This document shows positions 56,736 through 64,000 of a stretch of 64,000 nucleotides of DNA, piece by piece. The first letter of the stretch is position 1. Every line of letters starts with the position of its first letter. The notes under the pieces are model-generated. The model was not told where the DNA came from. It worked only from the letters and a program-made list of their open reading frames with translations, and ran no database searches. The position numbers were made by a program, and so were the translations under genes. This DNA comes from an uncultured Aminicenantes bacterium. Its GTDB lineage: Bacteria > Acidobacteriota > Aminicenantia > UBA2199. The DNA lies in NCBI GenBank assembly GCA_965195285.1, contig CBDAFS010000049.1, forward strand, positions 18,452-82,451, read 5' to 3'.

Positions 56736-57359
56736 ATGGATTTGAAACTTTTTGATGGTTTTCACCATCATTTAATATACAACAAAAAAAGTATGGATGA
56801 ACTCATAAATGGATTGAAAAAGAAGGATCCGGCTGCGTTTAAAAGAGTGATGGAATTGTTTAAAAATAAAATTTTTAATTATTTGCGGTTGATGGTTAAT
56901 GACGATCAAACCGCAGAAGAGTTGACCCAGGATACTTTTGTAAAAGTATATTTTAAGGCTGCATCAATCCGTACCAGCAATTTGAAGGCCTGGATTTATG
57001 CCATTGCCACCAACCTGGCCCGAAGTGAATTCAGAAAGCGGAAGATAAAAAACCTGTTTTCATTATCAGATGTGAATGAGAGCCATGCCTCATACTTTTC
57101 GAACTTTGAAGACGAAATGATGCTGGAGCAGATGATTGCTTCCTTACCGGAAAAGTACCGGATTCCGGTGGTGATGAAAGAAATCAATCGCTTCACTTTT
57201 GAGGAAATCTCAAATATCCTGGATAAGCCGGTAGGAACGGTGAAAACACTGGTTTTCAGAGGGAAGAATCAACTGAAGAAAAATTTTTCCGAAGCCGGTG
57301 TCTCCCGGCCGGGAACCATTGAGGTTCTGAAGAAAGGGGTTAAAAATGAAATCTATTGA
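56736..57359 (+). CDS. ECF RNA polymerase sigma factor (true start possibly 56793)
   Basis: AEELTQDTF, WIYAIATN, FEEISNIL..PVGTVK. TGAAAC-N17-CATC at 56743-56769 may be its own promoter. Confidence 0.9.
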   Translation: MDLKLFDGFHHHLIYNKKSMDELINGLKKKDPAAFKRVMELFKNKIFNYLRLMVNDDQTAEELTQDTFVKVYFKAASIRTSNLKAWIYAIATNLARSEFRKRKIKNLFSLSDVNESHASYFSNFEDEMMLEQMIASLPEKYRIPVVMKEINRFTFEEISNILDKPVGTVKTLVFRGKNQLKKNFSEAGVSRPGTIEVLKKGVKNEIY

Positions 57360-57708
57360 CGACATATTAAAAAATTATTCGAAGAGTACCGAGGTCCCTG
57401 AGGGTTTTGAAAATAGAGTTTTCTCCAAAATCAGAAGGAAAAAAACTGTCAGAAAGGCAAGTTATTTTGCTTTTTTTATGATTGTTTTTTTGACAACCTT
57501 GTTATCCATTTTTGTGTTTTTTCCCGATTCCAACCCGGATAACAGATTGGAACCCCGGTTGGCCAGCGGATTTTCAGAGCAACCCGGTCAGGTGTCGGTT
57601 AAAGAGGAAATTCCGGTGATTGAAGATGTCTTTTTTGCCAGCTATGATGCCGATACCCGTTATGCTATCGAACAGGTATCCTATTCGGAAGAAGATGAAG
57701 GTATTTGA
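57346..57708 (+). CDS. Putative single-TM anti-sigma factor
   Basis: Overlaps the sigma stop. VPEGFENRVF..I followed by one TM. Confidence 0.65.
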   Translation: MKSIDDILKNYSKSTEVPEGFENRVFSKIRRKKTVRKASYFAFFMIVFLTTLLSIFVFFPDSNPDNRLEPRLASGFSEQPGQVSVKEEIPVIEDVFFASYDADTRYAIEQVSYSEEDEGI

Positions 57709-57919
57709 TTTTCAAATTGGCCTGGTATTTTTTGATTGACAATCCGCCAACCGGTCTCAATATACAATTATATAGGTTTAAATTCGCTTAAGGAGTATAC
57801 TATTTAAGAATTGTTTGATAAAATGAGAATTTCCAGTTATTATAATATGCTAGAAAGCCTTGAAGATTGTGGCAGGAGAGGGAGCCCATTATTCAGATGT
57901 TCATGGCTGAGAAAATACG

Positions 57920-58897
57920 ATGCGAACAGGAGTAAAAATAAATATGAACAGGAAAATTTTTCAGATCGTTGTCATGGTTCTGATGCCAGGGTTGGTTTTC
58001 AATTTTTGTTCCATGAAAAAAATGGCCATGAATACCGTGGCCAATACCCTGGCTTCTCCGGATGGCGGAACGGTTTTTACCGGAGATAACGATCCGGAGC
58101 TGGTGGGTGATGCCCTCCCATTTGCTATCAAAATGTATGAAACCATCATGGTTTCCATACCCCGGCACCGGGGATTGCGTTTGAGAACCGGGTCCATTTA
58201 CATCATGTATGCCAATGCATTTTTACAAACCCCGGCCGATCTGCTCAGCGATCAGGAATATAAAAAACAGGAATTTTTGATGAAACGGGCCAAAAATCTG
58301 TATTTAAGGGGCCGGGATATTCTCCTGGAGGGGCTGGAACAGAAATACCCCGGATTCATAAAAAACCTGAACCGAAAGAAGTACAACCAGGCCCTGGGTC
58401 CGGTAAAAAAAGAGGATGTTCCTTTTTTATACTGGTCTGCTGCCGGATGGCTGGGTGCTTTTGCCATTGATTCTTTTGATATGAAACTGGGATTGACAGT
58501 CCCCCGGGCAGCAGTCATGATGGATCGGGCGCTCTTGTTAGATGAACATTTCGGAAAGGGTGCCATTCATGAATTTTATGTGCTCTACTATGGTTCCATG
58601 CCGGATTACATGGGTGGCGATTTCAAAAAAGCCCGGCTTCATTTCCAGAAAGCGGTTGAACAATCGGGTGGAAAATCTTCAACTGCCTATCTCTCCCTGG
58701 CCACCAGTGTATCGGTAAAGGAACAAAATGTGAATGAGTTTAAAATGCTGCTCGGAAAGGTGTTGTCCATTGATCCGGATGCGGATCCGGATAACCGGCT
58801 GGTCAATATTCTCAACCAGCGGAAGGCCCGCTGGTTGCTGGATCATATCGATGACTTTTTTCTTCTGGAAAACGGCAACGAGGAGGATGAACTGTGA
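57920..58897 (+). CDS. TRAP transporter TatT component (TPR lipoprotein)
   Basis: Lipobox-like NFCS, D.DPELVGDALPF..K, RAKNLYLRG, MGGD..KA..HF.KA. Confidence 0.85.
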   Translation: MRTGVKINMNRKIFQIVVMVLMPGLVFNFCSMKKMAMNTVANTLASPDGGTVFTGDNDPELVGDALPFAIKMYETIMVSIPRHRGLRLRTGSIYIMYANAFLQTPADLLSDQEYKKQEFLMKRAKNLYLRGRDILLEGLEQKYPGFIKNLNRKKYNQALGPVKKEDVPFLYWSAAGWLGAFAIDSFDMKLGLTVPRAAVMMDRALLLDEHFGKGAIHEFYVLYYGSMPDYMGGDFKKARLHFQKAVEQSGGKSSTAYLSLATSVSVKEQNVNEFKMLLGKVLSIDPDADPDNRLVNILNQRKARWLLDHIDDFFLLENGNEEDEL

Positions 58898-59913
58898 AGA
58901 AAATTATCTTAATAACTATTCTATTCATAGCGCTGATCATATTTCTGTTTCAGGCACTGCCCGCACTGACCATTAAAATCGGAAGCGTTGCCCCTGACCG
59001 GTCTCCCTGGGACAAGAGTTTGGAGGAATTGAGCCGGGAATGGGAAAAGATCACCGACGGGCTGGTTAAACTGAAGATTTATCCGGGCGGTATTACCGGT
59101 AGCGAAGAGGATATGATCCGAAAAATGAGAGTGGGAATCCTGGGAGGGGCCGGCCTGACCAATATGGGAATGACCCATATTTATTCGGATATTTTTGTAT
59201 TAAACCTTCCCTTTCAATTCACTTCTGAAGAAGAATTTGAATATGTGTTGAAAAAAATGAAGTCACAGTTTGAAAAGGGTATTGAGAAAAAGGGGTATAA
59301 GCTGGTCATTTGGATGGTTTCGGGCTGGGTTAATTTTTTCACCAAAAATCCGGTTTTTTTCCCCGAGGGTTTGAAAAAGCATAAAATTTCCTTCTCAACC
59401 GGGATGCCGAAGATGGAGCAGGCCTGGAAAATAACCGGCTTTCAGGTGATCCCCAATGACCTGAAAGATATGTTGATGGCCCTGCAGAGCGGGATGGTGG
59501 ATGCATTTTATCTCCCCCCCCTGATTGCCGGATCCGGACAGTATTTTCCCCTGGCCCCGAATATGTGCAGTTTGAAAGTTGCCCCGATTATCGGGGGGAT
59601 TGTTATCACCACCAGAATGTGGAATCGGATTCCTTTGAAATACCGGGAGCCCATGCTGGCCGTCACCCATAAATTATCTGATAGTCTGTCGGTCAGAATA
59701 AAAAAACTGGAAAAAGAAACCCTTGAAGTCATGAAGGAACACGGTCTGGTGATCAATCAGGTTCCTCCGGATGCTGTGGTAAAATGGAGGGCCGCTCCGG
59801 CCAAAGGTGTTGAGTATCTGGTCGGGAAGGCATTTTCAAAAGAAATGTATGACCAGATTCAGCAGCATTTGAGGGATTTCAGGAAAATGCATGGTGATCA
59901 AAACAATAATTAG
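58894..59913 (+). CDS. dctP: TRAP transporter substrate-binding protein DctP (TPAT type)
   Basis: IKIGSVAP..SPW, KIYPGG..G.E.DM.RKMR, ALQSGMVDA. Confidence 0.85.
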   Translation: MKKIILITILFIALIIFLFQALPALTIKIGSVAPDRSPWDKSLEELSREWEKITDGLVKLKIYPGGITGSEEDMIRKMRVGILGGAGLTNMGMTHIYSDIFVLNLPFQFTSEEEFEYVLKKMKSQFEKGIEKKGYKLVIWMVSGWVNFFTKNPVFFPEGLKKHKISFSTGMPKMEQAWKITGFQVIPNDLKDMLMALQSGMVDAFYLPPLIAGSGQYFPLAPNMCSLKVAPIIGGIVITTRMWNRIPLKYREPMLAVTHKLSDSLSVRIKKLEKETLEVMKEHGLVINQVPPDAVVKWRAAPAKGVEYLVGKAFSKEMYDQIQQHLRDFRKMHGDQNNN

Positions 59914-61768
59914 GATCTGGCAAAGATTTGAAAATGGCCTGGCTTTTTTATCCATTTTCCTCCTGGCTCTGATTCCTACCCTGGAGGTTTTTATCCGGAA
60001 GTTTTTCAATACCGGGTTGACCAATTCCACGGTTTACACCCAGCACCTGGTTTTGTTTACGGCATTTATCGGTGCCATGATCACTGCCAGGGAAAAAAAA
60101 CATCTGTATCTGGCCCTGGATTTGAGAATTAAGGGATCTCTGAAAACCGTTATATCGGTTATCAACGCCTTTATTGCCAGTATGATTACTACCGCTTTCG
60201 CCGTTGCCTCTCTGTCTTTTGCCCTGATCGCCTTTGCCGACGATAAAAAGCTGGGTGGCATCTCCATGAAATTAGTGGCCATGGTGATGTTTCTCGGATT
60301 CGGGGTAATGGCCATTCGGTTTGTTCTGAATTCAGCTGCTGATAATAGGAAATTGCGATGGCTGGCAGCTCCGGGAATTTTAATCGGATTGCTCCTGGCT
60401 TTTGATCCGCTGCTGAATATCCTGCTCACTTTTTTCAATGAATTGCCGGGATTTGTTGAACGCCTGCAGGCATTTTTCCATTCGCTGTATGCTTACATTG
60501 CCTTTCCCTTGATTCTGGTCCTCATCCTTTCGGCGATTTTTGGTCAGCGTATCTTTGTGGTTCTGGGAGGGGTGGCCTATCTGTTTTTTGCCCGCCAGGC
60601 TTTACCGCTGGAGATAGTTCCAAACCAGGCGTATTCAATGTTGACCAGTCACTCAATACCGGCCATCCCCCTGTTTACCGTGACCGGTTTTATCCTTTCC
60701 GAAAGCAGGGCCGGTGAGCGGCTGGTAAAATTATTCAGATCGATTTTTTCCTGGTTTCCCGGCGGACTGGCGGTTATGGCCATCCTGGTTTGCGCATTTT
60801 TTACCACCTTTACCGGAGGATCCGGTGTGACCATCCTGGCCCTGGGTGGGCTCTTATCGATCGTAATGCTGAAGGGGGGCTATAAGAGGAAATTCAGTCT
60901 GGGACTGTTGACCGCCTCGGGAAGTATCGGGTTGCTTTTTCCCCCCAGTTTGCCGATCATCATATACGGGGTAATCGCCCAGGTCAGTATCAAGGATATG
61001 TTTCTGGGAGGCATTATTCCCGGGGTGCTGATGGTAATGGCTCTGATAGCCTTCGGGATTGTTTTTGCGGTGAGAAACAAGGTTAAGCGGGAACCCTTTA
61101 AAATCAGGGAATCACTTTCATCCATAAAAGAATCCATCTGGGAAATTCTACTGCCCCTGGTGGTATTGGTGAGTTTTTTCGGTGGCTTGACCACTCTGGT
61201 TGAGAGCGCAGCCATTGCCGTGATCTACGTGTTGGTTATCGAGGTGTTTGTCAACCGGGATATAAAAATAAGGGATATTTCCGGGGTGATATTGAAAAGT
61301 GTTCCCATTATTGGCGGGGTATTGATTATTCTGGCCCTGGCCAATGCACTCTCTTACTACATCATTGATGCCCAGATACCCTTGCAGTTGACTTCTTGGG
61401 TGGAAGCCAATATCGGTTCAAAATATGTTTTTCTTTTTCTTTTAAATATTGCACTTCTGATTACCGGGTGTTTTATGGATATTTTTTCTGCTATTCTGGT
61501 GGTGGTTCCCCTGATTCTGCCCCTGGGCAACCTGTTTGGAATTCATCCGGTTCATCTGGGCATCATCTTTTTAGCCAATATGGAGCTGGGTTATTTAACA
61601 CCCCCGGTGGGCCTGAATTTGTTTCTGGCATCCTATCGGTTTGAAGAACCGATGGGTAAGATCTATAGAGATGTTCTGCCGTTTTTTCTGATTCAGCTGG
61701 TGGTGGTATTGTTGATTACCTACCTGCCGTTTTTGTCCACCGGTTTGCTGAGTCTTTTTGGAAATTAG
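59891..61768 (+). CDS. TRAP transporter fused small/large permease DctQM
   Basis: N-terminal DctQ-like TMs, then PAIPLFT..G, TGGSGVTI, PPSLP, LTPPVG.NLF. Confidence 0.88.
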   Translation: MVIKTIIRIWQRFENGLAFLSIFLLALIPTLEVFIRKFFNTGLTNSTVYTQHLVLFTAFIGAMITAREKKHLYLALDLRIKGSLKTVISVINAFIASMITTAFAVASLSFALIAFADDKKLGGISMKLVAMVMFLGFGVMAIRFVLNSAADNRKLRWLAAPGILIGLLLAFDPLLNILLTFFNELPGFVERLQAFFHSLYAYIAFPLILVLILSAIFGQRIFVVLGGVAYLFFARQALPLEIVPNQAYSMLTSHSIPAIPLFTVTGFILSESRAGERLVKLFRSIFSWFPGGLAVMAILVCAFFTTFTGGSGVTILALGGLLSIVMLKGGYKRKFSLGLLTASGSIGLLFPPSLPIIIYGVIAQVSIKDMFLGGIIPGVLMVMALIAFGIVFAVRNKVKREPFKIRESLSSIKESIWEILLPLVVLVSFFGGLTTLVESAAIAVIYVLVIEVFVNRDIKIRDISGVILKSVPIIGGVLIILALANALSYYIIDAQIPLQLTSWVEANIGSKYVFLFLLNIALLITGCFMDIFSAILVVVPLILPLGNLFGIHPVHLGIIFLANMELGYLTPPVGLNLFLASYRFEEPMGKIYRDVLPFFLIQLVVVLLITYLPFLSTGLLSLFGN

Positions 61769-61780
61769 GTACGGATTATT

Positions 61781-62488
61781 ATGAAACGTTTGATTATTAT
61801 CCTGGTAACCCTTTATTGGTCGGGTGTTTCAGGTCTGGCAGATGATCCATACCTGTCCAAGCGGAAACTGATGGTTGACCGGCATATCGCTGCCCGGGGC
61901 ATATCCGATGTATCTGTACTCAAGGCCATGCGGAAAGTGCCCCGACATTTAATGGTTTCCAGAGAGTTTAAATCACAGGCCTATGCGGATCATCCCCTGC
62001 CCATCGGAGAAGGCCAGACTATATCCCAGCCTTATGTGGTGGCCCTGATGACCGAGGCCCTGCAATTGAAGCCCGGAGACCGGGTACTGGAAATTGGCAC
62101 CGGATCGGGTTATCAGGCAGCGGTTCTGGCCGAGATTGTGAGTGAGGTTTATTCAATTGAAATCAGAAAAAATTTGGCTGATTCAGCCCGAAAAACCCTG
62201 ACCAAACTGGGTTATCACAATATCGAAGTCAAGTACGGAGATGGGTATTACGGCTGGGAAGCCCATTCACCTTTTGATGCCATCATCATCACAGCTGCTG
62301 CCAATCATATACCGCCGTCCCTGATTAAACAGTTGAAGGACGGGGGAACCCTGATCCTGCCCCTGGGCAGTACGGTCTACTATCAAATGTTGACCCTGGT
62401 CACCAAAAAGAATGAACAAATCACCATCAGGCAGATGGATTCGGTTCGCTTTGTGCCCATGATGGGAGAGGTCAGGAAAAAGAAATAA
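61781..62488 (+). CDS. pcm: Protein-L-isoaspartate O-methyltransferase
   Basis: [39 protein letters not shown]. Confidence 0.93.
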   Translation: MKRLIIILVTLYWSGVSGLADDPYLSKRKLMVDRHIAARGISDVSVLKAMRKVPRHLMVSREFKSQAYADHPLPIGEGQTISQPYVVALMTEALQLKPGDRVLEIGTGSGYQAAVLAEIVSEVYSIEIRKNLADSARKTLTKLGYHNIEVKYGDGYYGWEAHSPFDAIIITAAANHIPPSLIKQLKDGGTLILPLGSTVYYQMLTLVTKKNEQITIRQMDSVRFVPMMGEVRKKK

Positions 62489-62509
62489 TCCCTGGTTTCG
62501 AAAATTATT

Positions 62510-62821
62510 TTACTTTTTATCGTCTTTTTTTATCTCTTTTTCTACTTTCTGAAAGCAGACGGGGCAGGGTTTGTACTTTTTTTCCACTGCCTTTTTTAAA
62601 GAGATCGGTAACGCATTCTTGATATAACAACCGTTTTTTTTATGATAAACTTTTTCCCCCTCTGTTTTGGTCTTTGAGATATAGACCTTCATGTCAGCCT
62701 TTTTTTCAACCTTTACTTCACCGCATTTAGATTTGGATGGGCATTTGCTGCAGTCATCGGCATATCCGAACCCTACAAGGAAAAAAGTTAAAGTAACCAA
62801 AAGAATGATTGAACGTTTCAT
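62510..62821 (-). CDS. Small secreted Cys-rich protein (Ada-like metal-binding motif)
   Basis: Signal peptide, CSKCP...C, VY.SK...YH...C, YKPCPVC. Confidence 0.55.
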   Translation of the reverse strand: MKRSIILLVTLTFFLVGFGYADDCSKCPSKSKCGEVKVEKKADMKVYISKTKTEGEKVYHKKNGCYIKNALPISLKKAVEKKYKPCPVCFQKVEKEIKKDDKK

Positions 62822-62855
62822 TAATTTACTCCTTTATTATTGTTGTTTTTGATTC

Positions 62856-63860
62856 TTATTTTATACCAGTTTCATTTCGGCACCATTTGTTGGGACCCAC
62901 GGACAGCGCTTTTTCGGGACAGACATCAATACACTTGTGACAACCGAAACAATCGGGTCTCAGGGTGCTTTCCCGAAGTATGTCTGTCATTGCTTCACAG
63001 GGTGCCTTTTTTACGCAGATCATACAGGAAGTGCAGTTTTTTTTATCCAGGTTCACCCGGAAAAGTGATATCTGCTCTGCCCAGTGGGTAAAGAGCCCGA
63101 CGGGACATACAAAGTGGCAGAAAGGACGGTAATATTTAAATGCAAGGATAACCGTAAGCACAAGGGGCAGGTAATGATAGATTCCTGCAGAAACCGATTC
63201 GGGTGATTCAAACTCAAAACCGTGAAAGGCATTTATATAATCGTAAAGGGACGAGGCATAAACCTCACCCTCATAAACAATGTGAATAATACCGGTGGCA
63301 GAGAGGAATATAAAGGCAATAAAAAGTCCCACCCGGAAGACCTGTGAAAAAGGGAAGGAAAAAGATAGTCTTTTGATTTTTAGTTTTTCCCCTGCCATTG
63401 AAATTAGTTCCTGTATTGTTCCTACGGGGCAAATATAGCCGCAGAAAATACGGGGACCAAGAAGGGTGAGGAACAAAATTACTCCCAGGGTGAGTATAAA
63501 GGGTATCCCGAATCCGTACAATAATGCTTTTGTTATACACATGGGCGAGGGATGCATACCGAAAAAACTGAAAGGTTTTACACCGATGTTTCCGGCAAAT
63601 CCAAACAGGAATGTTGAAAACAGGAGAATGGGTACTTTTATCCGGGGTTTCATTTTTTTTGACAGCAGGAGGGCAACAACTATCAGCCCAAGAATTACCA
63701 TTGTAAAATATTTTGCGCTGAAGTTGATGTTGGTGACAAAATTCCAAAGGGCTCCTTTTGATTCATTTGCATGTTCAGCTGTTTTCTGACCTGATTCTGC
63801 AAGAATCAGCAGGGGAGATACCAGGAGGATGAGAAAAAATCCGTTTCTTTTTAAGTTCAT
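62856..63860 (-). CDS. Membrane 4Fe-4S binding protein (NapH/MauN/YccM-like)
   Basis: FCGYICPVG and FCHFVCPVG (CxxxCP), C-terminal CTSCMIC...C and CFGCHKC...CP. Confidence 0.85.
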   Translation of the reverse strand: MNLKRNGFFLILLVSPLLILAESGQKTAEHANESKGALWNFVTNINFSAKYFTMVILGLIVVALLLSKKMKPRIKVPILLFSTFLFGFAGNIGVKPFSFFGMHPSPMCITKALLYGFGIPFILTLGVILFLTLLGPRIFCGYICPVGTIQELISMAGEKLKIKRLSFSFPFSQVFRVGLFIAFIFLSATGIIHIVYEGEVYASSLYDYINAFHGFEFESPESVSAGIYHYLPLVLTVILAFKYYRPFCHFVCPVGLFTHWAEQISLFRVNLDKKNCTSCMICVKKAPCEAMTDILRESTLRPDCFGCHKCIDVCPEKALSVGPNKWCRNETGIK

Positions 63861-64000
63861 TGTATCATAACTCCTTAATTCTCTCTATTTCTGGAAATAA
63901 ATAGAATGTTTCGGGTTCCAGCCTATTCCCAAAAACATTCGTGTTTTTAGGTTTTGAAAAGACACCAATTTTACATTTGAATCGAACAGATGTCAAGCCA

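Noticed and set aside
333-63789. Numerous short alternative-frame and antisense ORFs in the track (e.g. 3088-3660, 5278-5937, 6387-7007, 44179-44886)
   Set aside because: They overlap well-supported genes, have no recognisable motifs, and are typical shadow ORFs.

Overview
A 64-kb chromosomal window from an anaerobic diderm bacterium. Gene content suggests Candidatus Aminicenantes or another Acidobacteriota-like lineage, but this is inference only. Housekeeping blocks are leuS-lptE-holA and ispE-tRNA-Gln-prs-rplY-rpsF-rpsR-rplI-dnaB. Energy and sulfur genes include an ADP-forming acyl-CoA synthetase cluster, sulfate ABC permeases and ATPase, a tetraheme cytochrome c with system II maturation, a soluble Tat-exported [NiFe] hydrogenase with hypF/hypC, an ArsR-SQR-TusE-DsrE operon and NfnAB. 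There are also three ECF sigma/anti-sigma pairs, a TPAT (TatT-DctP-DctQM) transporter and several outer-membrane barrels. The most striking structure lies at about 30.3-35.8 kb. A RAYT-like HUH (Y1) endonuclease gene is enclosed by a perfect 28-bp inverted repeat. The same left and right end sequences, in the same orientation, enclose a second cassette that has no transposase and carries two unrelated cargo genes. Short tandem duplications sit at the outer edges, and adjacent genes take their stop codons from the repeat. This looks like a HUH-driven gene-capture or cassette system. Other notable items are a shared C-terminal LxxLGY tail on CysA and its neighbouring RHH protein, a PrsW homolog lacking its catalytic residues next to a trypsin-like protease and an ECF pair, a tRNA-Gln nested in frame inside ispE, and a T13 tract in the signal peptide of an LpxQ-like barrel.
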